Assembly (NCBI GenBank): GCA_031370195.1
Contig: JANMQE010000793.1
Coordinates: 1 to 36,941, forward strand
Direction: 5' to 3'
From: Phyllobacteriaceae bacterium
GTDB lineage: Bacteria > Pseudomonadota > Alphaproteobacteria > Rhizobiales > Rhizobiaceae
DNA: 36,941 nucleotides
Below the pieces are notes generated by a model, which searched no databases, had not been told where the DNA came from, and worked only from the letters and a program-made list of their open reading frames with translations. The position numbers and the translations under genes were made by a program. This document shows, piece after piece, positions 20,834 through 29,216 of the stretch. Position 1 is the first letter of the stretch, and each line of letters starts with the position of its first letter.

Positions 20834-21400
20834 ATGTTTATCCAGACCGAAGCGACGCCCAACCCGGCAACACTCAAGTTCCTTCCGGGCAAAATAGTCA
20901 TTCCGGAAGGCACGGAAGACTTCCCGAACGCCGAAAATGCCGCCGAGCGCTCGCCGCTTGCGGCCCGCCTATTTGAGATTCCCGGCGTCTCCGGCGTGTT
21001 TTTCGGCCATGATTTCGTCACTGTGACCAAAGACGGCCCCGAATGGCAACATCTGAAGCCAGCAGTGCTCGGCACGATCATGGAGCATTTCATGGCCGGT
21101 CAGCCGGTCATGGCCGCAAGCGCCGTTGCCTCGCTCGGCAACACCGACGGCGAATTCTTCGATGAATCCGACAAGGAAATCGTCCTGACGATCAAGGAAT
21201 TGCTCGAAAGCCGCGTCCGCCCTGCCGTGGCGCAGGATGGCGGCGACATCACCTTCAAGGGATTCAAGGAAGGTACAGTCTTCCTGTCGATGAAGGGTGC
21301 CTGCGCCGGTTGTCCATCCTCGACGGCCACATTGAAACATGGCATCCAGAACCTCCTCCGCCATTTCGTGCCGGAAGTGCAGCAAGTGGAAGCGGTCTGA
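20834..21400 (+). CDS. NifU/Nfu-family Fe-S cluster assembly protein (Nfu_N + NifU C-terminal domain)
   Basis: MFIQTEATPNPATLKFLPG marks the Nfu N-domain. The C-terminal domain carries the CxxC motif (MKGACAGCPSSTATLK). An AGGAGA Shine-Dalgarno sequence lies upstream of the ATG at 20834. Confidence 0.88.
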   Translation: MFIQTEATPNPATLKFLPGKIVIPEGTEDFPNAENAAERSPLAARLFEIPGVSGVFFGHDFVTVTKDGPEWQHLKPAVLGTIMEHFMAGQPVMAASAVASLGNTDGEFFDESDKEIVLTIKELLESRVRPAVAQDGGDITFKGFKEGTVFLSMKGACAGCPSSTATLKHGIQNLLRHFVPEVQQVEAV

Positions 21401-21426
21401 CGCCGGTATTGTGCCTGAAACGAACG

Positions 21427-21455
21427 AAGGCCGGGAATTTCCCGGCCTTTTTTTT
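21427..21455 (+). terminator. Rho-independent terminator between the convergent nfu-like gene and flagellin
   Basis: AAGGCCGGGA (21427-21436) pairs with TCCCGGCCTT (21440-21449) across a 3-nt loop, followed by a T6 run (21450-21455). The T-run favours the plus-strand transcript. The same hairpin could also stop flagellin transcription from the other side. Confidence 0.85.
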
Positions 21456-21471
21456 GTAAAAGCAGTCAAGT

Positions 21472-22392
21472 TCAGCGGAACAGCGACAGCACTGATTGCG
21501 CGCCGGAGTTGGCAATCGACAGCGCCTGAATGCCAAGCTGTTGCTGTGTCTGCAACGCCTGAAGCCGTGTCGATTCCTTGGTCATATCAGCGTCAACAAG
21601 CGTCGAAACGCCGCTCTCGATCACATCCATGAGATTGCCGACGAAATCCTTCTGGATCGAAATCCGGCTCTTGGCAGCACCAAGCGTTGACGCCGCCGTT
21701 GCCATCGACTGAATCGCCGTGTCGACATTCGAGATCATGTTGTCAATGTCGGTGTTGTCGATCCCCACCGTCGTGATGTTGAGATTGGAAACCGAAACAG
21801 TCGCAGCACCGGCACCCGTTGTCGTGAATACCTTGTCAAGAATGCCGGACTGGTTCGCGGAGTCGAAAAGCTCAGTGGCAGTCGTGTCGATGTTGATCGT
21901 GTTCACCGAGACCGAACCCGTCGACGAGCGGTCAAAAGACGAGACAATCGACTTTGTTGCCTGATACCCAGCCGCGGCAGAGTTAACCGAAAGCCAATTT
22001 TCACCCGAAAATGACGAAGCCGTAGTGATGCTTTTCAGCTGGCCTTGGAGCTGCGTAATCTCTTCCTGGATCTTGGCCCGGTCAACGCCCGGCTCGCGCG
22101 CCGCAACAAGCTTCGTCTTGATCGCGTCAACCACGCTGATCGAAGCATTCATTCCGGTGTAGGCTGTATCCACCTTCGCCGAACCAAGTCCGAGCGCATC
22201 CTGCACTGTGCCCAGCGCCTTGTTGTCAGACCGCATTGTGGTTGCAATCGACCAGTAGGCGGCGTTGTCGGAGGCTTCGGCAACGCGGTAGCCCGTCGAG
22301 ATGCGGTTTTGTGTGGCTTCAAGCGCCTTGTTGGTCTGCTGAAGCGTGCGGAGTGCCGTCATTGCGGCGGTATTGGTCATGATACTGGACAT
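21472..22392 (-). CDS. fla: Flagellin (rhizobial Fla type, 306 aa)
   Basis: The N-terminus is MSSIMTNTAAMTALRTLQQTNKALEATQNRISTGYRVAEASDNAAYWSIATTMRSDN. The C-terminus is TRLQALQTQQQLGIQALSIANSGAQSVLSLFR. These are the conserved flagellin D0/D1 segments of the Rhizobium/Agrobacterium type. Confidence 0.95.
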   Translation of the reverse strand: MSSIMTNTAAMTALRTLQQTNKALEATQNRISTGYRVAEASDNAAYWSIATTMRSDNKALGTVQDALGLGSAKVDTAYTGMNASISVVDAIKTKLVAAREPGVDRAKIQEEITQLQGQLKSITTASSFSGENWLSVNSAAAGYQATKSIVSSFDRSSTGSVSVNTINIDTTATELFDSANQSGILDKVFTTTGAGAATVSVSNLNITTVGIDNTDIDNMISNVDTAIQSMATAASTLGAAKSRISIQKDFVGNLMDVIESGVSTLVDADMTKESTRLQALQTQQQLGIQALSIANSGAQSVLSLFR

Positions 22393-22574
22393 TGTGGTCC
22401 CTTTGAACTGGATACTAAGAGGGACATACCGGACTTACCGGTGCAGCAAATTGGCATCATGCCGGTATCGATACGATACTTCGCTGTGATCTCCAGAGTT
22501 GTAGCTTGAAATGATTTAGCTTTGATGAATCTGCCACAACATCGCAAAATTTGACGCGTGTGGATAACGCTTCG
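22393..22574 (-). promoter_or_regulatory. Flagellin promoter / 5' leader region (position-based)
   Basis: This 182-nt gap lies between the fliP stop and the flagellin ATG and contains the repeat motifs described in the findings. I could not identify clear -35/-10 elements or a sigma-28 consensus. Confidence 0.4.
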
Positions 22575-23312
22575 TCAATGAACGGAGCGCACCAGACTAC
22601 CGGCCAGCAAGTGCCAGCCGTCAATCAGCACAAAGAACATGATCTTCAACGGCAGCGCAATGACGGTCGGCGGCAGCATCATCATGCCCATCGCCATCGT
22701 GACAGTGGCAACAATCAAATCGATGACCAGAAACGGCAGTATCACCAGAAAGCCGATCTCAAATCCGCGCCGCAGTTCGGAAATCATGAATGCCGGAACC
22801 AGCACCTGATAGGCAATTTTCTCGCCAGCACGAACTTCAATTCCGCGCTCTTCGGCCAGATCAACAAACAGATCGAGATCCTTGTCGCGGACATTCTCCA
22901 TCATGAATCCCCGAAATGGCTCCGCAATCTTCGCAAATGCCTCCTGCTCGCTGAGTTTTTTCTCAATCAGAGGCTGGACCCCTTGTGTCCAGGATTTGTC
23001 GAGAACAGGCGACATCACATAAAAGGTAAGAAACAGCGAAAGGCTGATGAGGATCATGTTCGCAGGCGTCGTTTGAAGCCCGATCCCGGAGCGCAAAATC
23101 GAGACAACAATGATGAACCGGCTGAAGCACGTCACCGAAATCAGTATCCCCGGAACGACTGCAAGAACGGTGAAAAGGCTGAAAAGTTGGATGATCGCGC
23201 CGGAGGAATTAGCGCTGTTCTCAGGGATCAGGTCAAAAATGCTTCCGGACTGCGCAAAGGAGGCACCCGTCAACGAAATCAAAAACAGGATGGGAAGTGC
23301 AAATCGTTTCAT
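22575..23312 (-). CDS. fliP: Flagellar type III export apparatus protein FliP
   Basis: It has a signal peptide (MKRFALPILFLISLTGASFAQ) and the conserved core GFEIGFLVILPFLVIDLIVATVTMAMGMMMLPP. Confidence 0.95.
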   Translation of the reverse strand: MKRFALPILFLISLTGASFAQSGSIFDLIPENSANSSGAIIQLFSLFTVLAVVPGILISVTCFSRFIIVVSILRSGIGLQTTPANMILISLSLFLTFYVMSPVLDKSWTQGVQPLIEKKLSEQEAFAKIAEPFRGFMMENVRDKDLDLFVDLAEERGIEVRAGEKIAYQVLVPAFMISELRRGFEIGFLVILPFLVIDLIVATVTMAMGMMMLPPTVIALPLKIMFFVLIDGWHLLAGSLVRSVH

Positions 23313-23884
23313 TCAAACAAGAACGTCTTGATGTAGATCGCTTCGACTTTGCCATGGCTGCGGGTGTTGGCCCGTGCCAGCAGTTCGGCTTTGAGGTCTA
23401 TGAAGGCGCTGGACCCGGTCAGTTCGCTCAGCCGCATGGATCGCAAAAAGGCAAGCATATCCTGATGGATTTGCTCCGGAATTTCCGTGCCCAGTGGCTC
23501 TGAAGACTTGACGACAGCCTCAAACCGCACCCAGACATCCGCCGGAATCGCGATATTGGTGACAATCGGGTCGAGCGGATAGACAGTGCTGGCGACACCG
23601 CCGCCGTTTGCCACGCCCTCGCCGGTCGAGTGTCCACCCTCGCTCTCGCCGCCGCCCGTTGTGGCCTCTCCCTTTGCAGCCTCCCCTTCAGGTTTTGCCA
23701 CATGCGCCTCACCTGCTGGTGCTTCGGCCTTTTGCGAGGCTGATACAGTGAAGAGCGGAAAATAGCCCGCCAGATATCCGCACCCTGCGCCGACCAGCGC
23801 CAGCACAACAGTCACCGCAAGGACGAGCTTCATCGGCAGCTTTTTTGCGGCTTTGTCCGGTGGGCTGGTTTCAGTCTTGGCCAT
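23309..23884 (-). CDS. fliL: Flagellar basal-body-associated protein FliL
   Basis: It has a single N-terminal TM helix and a C-terminal FliL-like domain (...DMLAFLRSMRLSEL...VEAIYIKTFLFE). It sits between flgH and fliP. Confidence 0.82.
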   Translation of the reverse strand: MAKTETSPPDKAAKKLPMKLVLAVTVVLALVGAGCGYLAGYFPLFTVSASQKAEAPAGEAHVAKPEGEAAKGEATTGGGESEGGHSTGEGVANGGGVASTVYPLDPIVTNIAIPADVWVRFEAVVKSSEPLGTEIPEQIHQDMLAFLRSMRLSELTGSSAFIDLKAELLARANTRSHGKVEAIYIKTFLFE

Positions 23885-23896
23885 GGCAATCCCGTT

Positions 23897-24610
23897 TTAA
23901 AGTGGCGACACAAGGTCAAGAAACTGCTGGCCATAGGCTGGTTGCTGCATTTCCGTGATGCGGCCCCGCCCGCCGTACGAAAAGCGTGCCTCGGCAATCC
24001 GGTCGTAGCTGATCGTGTTGTCTGGCTGGATGTCGGACGGCCTGACGATCCCGGTGATGGTCAAAATGCGCAGTTCGGCATTCACCCGGACCTCCTGCGA
24101 GCCGCTGATCAGCAAATTCCCGTTTGGCAGCACGCTCGTCACGACCGCTGCAATCTGCAAATTGATCGATTCAGATCGCGTCGTGCCCCCTGATCCGGCA
24201 AAGTCGGTGTTGTTGTTCAACGACGCATCCAGTTTGCCGGAACTGCCCGCACCGGCTAAATCAAACGATCCTGCCACGCCGAGAGACTTTTTGCCGTTCC
24301 GGTTGCGGTTGGATTTGTTCGTCACTTGCGCATTGTCGTTGATCGAAACCTGAACAGTCAGGATTTCGCCAAGCACCGGCGGTCTTTTGCTGGCAAATAG
24401 AAACGAGGCATCATCCGTCCACGTTGAATGCGCGTTCACCGGCGCGCTCAATCCAGCCGCCGCCACATTCGGCGTAATGCCAATCGCAAAGCTGGCATTA
24501 GGTGCGCTCATCGCGGGTTCATGCCCGATGTCCTTGATGGCTGTCTGGCAGCCGCCAACGGCCAGCAACGCGCTCATGGCAATCAGGCACGGATACCGGC
24601 GGCCAATCAT
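23897..24610 (-). CDS. flgH: Flagellar L-ring lipoprotein FlgH
   Basis: The lipobox is LLAVGGC. The conserved FlgH core is ILTVQVSINDNA... LPNGNLLISGSQEVRVNAELRILTITGIVRPSDI. Confidence 0.93.
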   Translation of the reverse strand: MIGRRYPCLIAMSALLAVGGCQTAIKDIGHEPAMSAPNASFAIGITPNVAAAGLSAPVNAHSTWTDDASFLFASKRPPVLGEILTVQVSINDNAQVTNKSNRNRNGKKSLGVAGSFDLAGAGSSGKLDASLNNNTDFAGSGGTTRSESINLQIAAVVTSVLPNGNLLISGSQEVRVNAELRILTITGIVRPSDIQPDNTISYDRIAEARFSYGGRGRITEMQQPAYGQQFLDLVSPL

Positions 24611-25188
24611 GACGGATCCTTCCGCCGTGCCGACGCGGCCATGATCGCCGTGATGTCTGCGGCAATTTTCTCGTCCATCTCGTTCAGGATCACGCCGGCC
24701 TGACGCGGCGAAATGGCAAGAAGCAACGACGCCGCAAGGCCGGTATCCAGCTTCTCCAGCCGCGCGGCGGACGCTTCAGGTTTCATCCCGCCGTAAATCT
24801 CCACCAGTTTGCCACTGGCCTGCTCGGCAAACGCCTCGCGGCGCTGCACCCAGGCCTCAAGTTCGCCTTTCTTGGCCCGCATTTCAGCCATTCGCTTTTC
24901 AGTTTCCAGCAGAAGCAAGGTCAAACGCTTTTCGATCAGATAATACCGCTGCTCCCGCGCCTCATCGACAATGCTTTCGCAAAACAGGTCTTTGGTCTTG
25001 CCATCTTTCTGCTCAGGAGTTTCGTCGCCACCGGCTGTCACCCCGTCCGGTTCAGGGACAGCTTTCGTCGTTGCAGCTTCTGCCACATGCGTACTCTCGG
25101 GCTTCTGTTCATTTGCAAAACCTGGCTGGGCAACGCCGCTCATCAAAGCCGCCACAACGAAAAATCCAACCAATTCACAGCTTCTCAT
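24607..25188 (-). CDS. motE: MotE-like periplasmic flagellar protein (MgtE_N/FlbB-like domain)
   Basis: It has a signal peptide, an acidic linker, a coiled-coil segment and a C-terminal MgtE_N-like LEKLDTGLAASLLLAISPRQAGVILNEMD. It occupies the slot between flgI and flgH that, as I recall, holds motE (orf30) in S. meliloti. Confidence 0.7.
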   Translation of the reverse strand: MRSCELVGFFVVAALMSGVAQPGFANEQKPESTHVAEAATTKAVPEPDGVTAGGDETPEQKDGKTKDLFCESIVDEAREQRYYLIEKRLTLLLLETEKRMAEMRAKKGELEAWVQRREAFAEQASGKLVEIYGGMKPEASAARLEKLDTGLAASLLLAISPRQAGVILNEMDEKIAADITAIMAASARRKDPS

Positions 25189-26282
25189 TGCGACACGAGC
25201 TCAGCTTGAAGCGCACCTGCGCTTTTGATCGCCTGAAGGATGGCAATCGTATCAGAGGGCTTCGCCCCCATCCGATTGAGCCCGTCCACCAGCGTCTGCA
25301 AATCAACGCCCTCGATCAACGACAACGCGCTGTCTCCCGGCAGAGCTTCGATAATCGTAGAGGGCTGTGTAGTGGTTTGCCCCTGCGAAAACGGTTCCGG
25401 CTGCGAAATTGTCGGCAGTTCAGAGACGCGCACAGTCAACGCCCCGTGCGACACAGCCACCGCAGACACCTTCACGTCGCTGCCGATGACAATGGTGCCG
25501 GTGCGCTCGTCAACCAGCACGCGGGCAGGGGCCTCGGTCTCCACACTGAGCCGCTCCAGTTGGGAAATGAAGCGTGTGGAGGTTACCTTCTGGGGCTTTT
25601 TGACAACGACTGATCTTGCGTCCACCTCGGATGCCAGTGCCGCTCCATAAGTCTCCCTCGTGAATGCATTGATCGAGTCAACGACCGCCACCGCCGTCGA
25701 AAAATCCGGATTGTGCAAAAGAAAAGTGAATTCTTTCTGGTCTTCGCTCATCTGCCGCACTTCGCGCTCGACGATGGCACCGTTCGGCACGCGGCCGGAG
25801 GTCGGCACGCCTTGTGAAATCTTCTCGGCCTGCCCGCTGGCCTGAAAGCCCGAAACAATCAGCCCGCCCTGCGCCACCGCGTAGATCTGGTTGTTGGCCG
25901 CGCGCAGCGGCGTTTCCACCAGCGTCCCGCCCGCCAGCGTCGTCGCATCGCCAAGCGAAGCAACATTGATGTCGATCCGCGATCCAGATTTTGCAAACGG
26001 CGGAAGATTGGCCGTAACGATAACCGCCGCAACATTGCGCGTTCGTGGCCGCCCGTTGGTCGATGCAATCCCCAAATTCTCAAGCATCGCCCGGATCGAC
26101 TGCTCAGTGAACGGTGAGTTGCGTAGACTGTCGCCAGTGCCCTGCAAACCAATCACCAGACCATAGCCGATCAGCTGATTGTCCCTCGAATTCTGGACGA
26201 ACGCGATATCTTTGATCCGCGAACCCGCAAAGGTCGACGTCGCCAAGCAGACGCAAGTCAGAATGGTCAGCACAATCTTCAT
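25185..26282 (-). CDS. flgI: Flagellar P-ring protein FlgI
   Basis: It has a signal peptide and the conserved IGYGLVIGLQGTGDSLRNSPFT and LGDATTLAGGTL motifs. Confidence 0.95.
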   Translation of the reverse strand: MKIVLTILTCVCLATSTFAGSRIKDIAFVQNSRDNQLIGYGLVIGLQGTGDSLRNSPFTEQSIRAMLENLGIASTNGRPRTRNVAAVIVTANLPPFAKSGSRIDINVASLGDATTLAGGTLVETPLRAANNQIYAVAQGGLIVSGFQASGQAEKISQGVPTSGRVPNGAIVEREVRQMSEDQKEFTFLLHNPDFSTAVAVVDSINAFTRETYGAALASEVDARSVVVKKPQKVTSTRFISQLERLSVETEAPARVLVDERTGTIVIGSDVKVSAVAVSHGALTVRVSELPTISQPEPFSQGQTTTQPSTIIEALPGDSALSLIEGVDLQTLVDGLNRMGAKPSDTIAILQAIKSAGALQAELVSQ

Positions 26283-26737
26283 GACGGGTCCACAAGGATC
26301 GACCCGTCTTGCGCAACTCTGCCGGTGACAACCGTCCCATTGGCTTTGTTGCGCACCGCGACCATGTCACCGATGTTTGCATCCGCCAAAGTCTCGCCCC
26401 GCATCGATATCGACAGCGCGCCGTGGCGCAATATCACCGAAACCTGCTGTCCGGACTTGATCATTGCAGGCTTGCGCAAAAGCTCCGGATAAATCAGCCG
26501 GTCCGGCAATATGGTCTTGACCGCAATCATGCCGACCAGTGCGCTGGAATCCCGGATATAGCCCGGCACGCAGTGCGCACAGTTGGTCGCATCAATTATC
26601 GCCACTTTTGAGGCCTCGACTTGCTGTCCCGGATAGATCGCGCTGCGAACAACTGCGGCAGTCTCTTGCGCCATGCAGGGCCACGCGGATAAAGGCACGA
26701 CCATGACCGTCAAGATCGCTGACCGCATCGAAAGCAT
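26279..26737 (-). CDS. flgA: Flagellar P-ring assembly chaperone FlgA
   Basis: This is a small secreted protein with a SAF-like C-terminus (GETLADANIGDMVAVRNKANGTVVTGRV) encoded between flgG and flgI. The ATG at 26737 shares one base with the flgG TGA. The track uses the TTG at 26740. Confidence 0.8.
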   Translation of the reverse strand: MLSMRSAILTVMVVPLSAWPCMAQETAAVVRSAIYPGQQVEASKVAIIDATNCAHCVPGYIRDSSALVGMIAVKTILPDRLIYPELLRKPAMIKSGQQVSVILRHGALSISMRGETLADANIGDMVAVRNKANGTVVTGRVAQDGSILVDPS

Positions 26738-27525
26738 CAACGGATACCCTTCGAGACAACGCCAGACATCTCATCTGCCGCCTGAATAACCTTCGAGTTC
26801 ATTTCATAGCTGCGCTGCGCGGAAATCAATTCAGTGATTTCCTTCACCGGATCAACATTGCTTTCTTCCAGATACCCCTGCTTGACAGTCGCAAATCCTG
26901 CATCACCCGGCACACCAATCGCTGGCGCGCCTGACGCGCCGCTTTGGGCAAACAGGCTCCCGCCGGTTGGAATAAGACCGGCTTCATTGGGGAAATTCGC
27001 CAATGTTAGTTGGCCAAGTTCCTGCAAGTCCGTCTGCCCCTCAACACGCGCAAACACTTGGCCCGTATCATTGACGATCACCTCAACAGTGTTCGCTGGC
27101 ACAGTGATCGAGGGCACAACGCTGTGGCCGTCACTGGTCACAAGCTGGCCTTCCGCATTGGTGTTGAAGGCACCGGAGCGCGTGTAGTTGGTCTCGCCGC
27201 TTGGCAGTTCGATCTGGAACCAGCCATTGCCGGTCAGCGCGACATCAAGCTGGTTGGATGTCGCCTGCAGCGTTCCTTGCGTGTTGATGGTTCTCACCGC
27301 AACATTGCGCACGCCAAGGCCAATGTGCACACCTTCAGGTATGATGTCCTGGTTCGAGCGCGACGGCACACCCTTTTGCCGCTCCGTCTGGTAGAGGAGG
27401 TCCGTGAACTCCGCGCGGGCGCGCTTGAAGCCGGTCGTGTTGATGTTGGCAATATTGTTGGCAATCACATCCAGGTTGGTCTGCTGGGCGCTCATGCCGG
27501 TTGCTGCAATGGACAGTGCGCGCAT
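26737..27525 (-). CDS. flgG: Flagellar distal rod protein FlgG
   Basis: The N-terminal rod motif is [24 protein letters not shown] and the C-terminus is [31 protein letters not shown]. Confidence 0.95.
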   Translation of the reverse strand: MRALSIAATGMSAQQTNLDVIANNIANINTTGFKRARAEFTDLLYQTERQKGVPSRSNQDIIPEGVHIGLGVRNVAVRTINTQGTLQATSNQLDVALTGNGWFQIELPSGETNYTRSGAFNTNAEGQLVTSDGHSVVPSITVPANTVEVIVNDTGQVFARVEGQTDLQELGQLTLANFPNEAGLIPTGGSLFAQSGASGAPAIGVPGDAGFATVKQGYLEESNVDPVKEITELISAQRSYEMNSKVIQAADEMSGVVSKGIR

Positions 27526-27534
27526 TGTGTTCCC

Positions 27535-27834
27535 CTAAATGGCCATGCGGGTGAGGTCGAGATACGCCGAAACAATCTTGTCGCGAATGCCTGTTGCAAT
27601 GCGCAGTGATTGCTCCGCCGACATCACCGCATCCACCACGTCCCGCGTCGAACCCTGCCCGGCAAGCGCCGTCATCGACTGCATGTCCGCGTTCTGAAGT
27701 GCCCCGATGGCCTGCGTGCCGGCCGCCTCAAGCGTGTCGCTGAAGCTTGCACCAGTGCTCTTGCCAGCCTGGACCCGCGCCTGGCCCTGTTCAACAAGGC
27801 TGCTGATTGCAGACGTGATTGCCGAAACAGTCAT
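27535..27834 (-). CDS. fliE: Flagellar hook-basal body protein FliE
   Basis: The 99-aa product has the FliE-type C-terminus AEQSLRIATGIRDKIVSAYLDLTRMAI. Confidence 0.88.
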   Translation of the reverse strand: MTVSAITSAISSLVEQGQARVQAGKSTGASFSDTLEAAGTQAIGALQNADMQSMTALAGQGSTRDVVDAVMSAEQSLRIATGIRDKIVSAYLDLTRMAI

Positions 27835-28247
27835 GTCGCCCTCAACAAATCAACAGACATCGAAATCAGATCGCGGACCTGCTTGATCACTTGCAGGTTT
27901 GCCTCATAAGACCGGTTGGCCTCGCGCATGTCCGCCATTTCAATGATGGCATTGACGTTCGGAAGTTTGACAAACCCGGATTCGTCCGCATACGGGCTTG
28001 CGGGATCAAATTCTGCCCTGAACGGCGAATTATCCCGCGCCACTTCACTGGTCTTGACCAGATTTACCCCGGTCTTGCGGTCAAGTTCTTCAATAAAGCT
28101 GATGATCTTGCGCTGATAAGGATTGCCACCCGCAACCGTTGCCGTTGAGTTCGCATTGGCAATATTCTCGGCAACAACCTGAATGCGCCGCGTCTGCGCC
28201 GCCATTCCCGAACCCGCTATCTTGATGGACGAAACCAGACTGTCCAT
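27831..28247 (-). CDS. flgC: Flagellar proximal rod protein FlgC
   Basis: The N-terminus MDSLVSSIKIAGSGMAAQTRRIQVVAENIANANS comes from the ATG at 28247, whereas the track start at 28253 is TTG. The C-terminus is SYEANLQVIKQVRDLI. Confidence 0.92.
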   Translation of the reverse strand: MDSLVSSIKIAGSGMAAQTRRIQVVAENIANANSTATVAGGNPYQRKIISFIEELDRKTGVNLVKTSEVARDNSPFRAEFDPASPYADESGFVKLPNVNAIIEMADMREANRSYEANLQVIKQVRDLISMSVDLLRAT

Positions 28248-28249
28248 GG

Positions 28250-28612
28250 TCAAACCTTCGCCGCCGTCAGGATCATCCGGTGAAATGCGCTGACAATGGC
28301 GGTGTTGAGCTCATACTGGCTTCTGACTTCAGTCGTCTTCATCATTTCAGTTTCAACACTGACCGGTTGGCCAGCACCTGTCGTTTTCTCAAGCGCAATC
28401 CCGTCATAGGAATTGGCGCTCGCCATATGCCGCTTGTCAGTTATTGCAAGACGCGTCGGTCCCTGCTCAAGCATCGCCTTGAACGGCACAACATCCTTGG
28501 TCACATAGCTGGAAATATTTGCGTGCGAGACATTCTCGGCAATTGTCTGTTGCCGCACAGCCAGCCATTTGGCCTGCTGGCTCGCCAAGGCGAAGATGCC
28601 GGTGCTTTGCAT
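28250..28612 (-). CDS. flgB: Flagellar proximal rod protein FlgB
   Basis: The 120-aa product has an N-terminal rod motif (QQTIAENVSHANISSY) and lies directly upstream of flgC. Confidence 0.88.
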   Translation of the reverse strand: MQSTGIFALASQQAKWLAVRQQTIAENVSHANISSYVTKDVVPFKAMLEQGPTRLAITDKRHMASANSYDGIALEKTTGAGQPVSVETEMMKTTEVRSQYELNTAIVSAFHRMILTAAKV

Positions 28613-28676
28613 GTGGGCTCCTTACAATCGCACAAACCTAAGTCTGCTGCCTTGTGCAGGACTTGTGGGATGCCGC

Positions 28677-29216
28677 TCACTTTCGCTGTACCCAGTCGTA
28701 GGCATCGCCCGCTGAAGTCTTGATTGACCAACGCCCCTTGGACAGGATGATCGCCTCGACTTCCGCACCGTTCGAAAGCCTTGATCCCACCCTGACAGTC
28801 TCCACCTTGCCGCCATCGATAATCAAAGCTCGGTTGGAGCTCACAAAAAGGATATCCAATGTCAAAGGTGAGTGCGGATCATCACTCGGGAAGGCTTGGT
28901 CAGCGGACACGTTCACAATGCGCTCTGGAAAGCGGTTCCTGATCGATCCTGTCGTAATCTTGTCGAGTTGCAATTTCGGCTTCACCACTGCTGTGACTTG
29001 CCTCTCGACATTAATGTCAGCAACTGGATCGCGCTCAAGCTCTCCCGAAAACTGCATCAGTGGTGGCCCAAACTTTTCGGGATGAAAATGGATGTAAAAT
29101 GGCAACGCCGCGCTCGCCATCGTCCCGCATGCAAGGAAGCCGAAAAACAACACGTTGCTCAATATCGAGCGTGTTTGGCGCACGATTCGAGCGCTATTCG
29201 ATCTCAGGTTTTTCAT
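28677..29216 (-). CDS. Conserved-unknown single-pass membrane protein of the flagellar operon (orf23-like position)
   Basis: The 179-aa ORF has a basic N-terminus followed by one TM helix (ILSNVLFFGFLACGTMASAALPF). Its ATG at 29216 lies 23 nt inside the 3' end of fliI. I recognise no family. The coding call rests on the ORF length, its operon position and the same slot being occupied in the rhizobial clusters I remember. Confidence 0.6.
   Translation of the reverse strand: MKNLRSNSARIVRQTRSILSNVLFFGFLACGTMASAALPFYIHFHPEKFGPPLMQFSGELERDPVADINVERQVTAVVKPKLQLDKITTGSIRNRFPERIVNVSADQAFPSDDPHSPLTLDILFVSSNRALIIDGGKVETVRVGSRLSNGAEVEAIILSKGRWSIKTSAGDAYDWVQRK

Noticed and set aside
22393-22574. A search for a sigma-28 (TAAA-N15-GCCGATAA) promoter upstream of the flagellin gene.
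   Set aside because: I could find no acceptable match on the minus strand; the nearest fragments (CTAAAT, CGATAC) have the wrong spacing. I therefore make no promoter call beyond the positional one.
22551-23336. A 261-aa plus-strand ORF rich in His/Arg/Gln/Asn.
   Set aside because: It is antisense to fliP, whose translation is unambiguous. Its composition is the mirror image of a hydrophobic membrane protein's codons.
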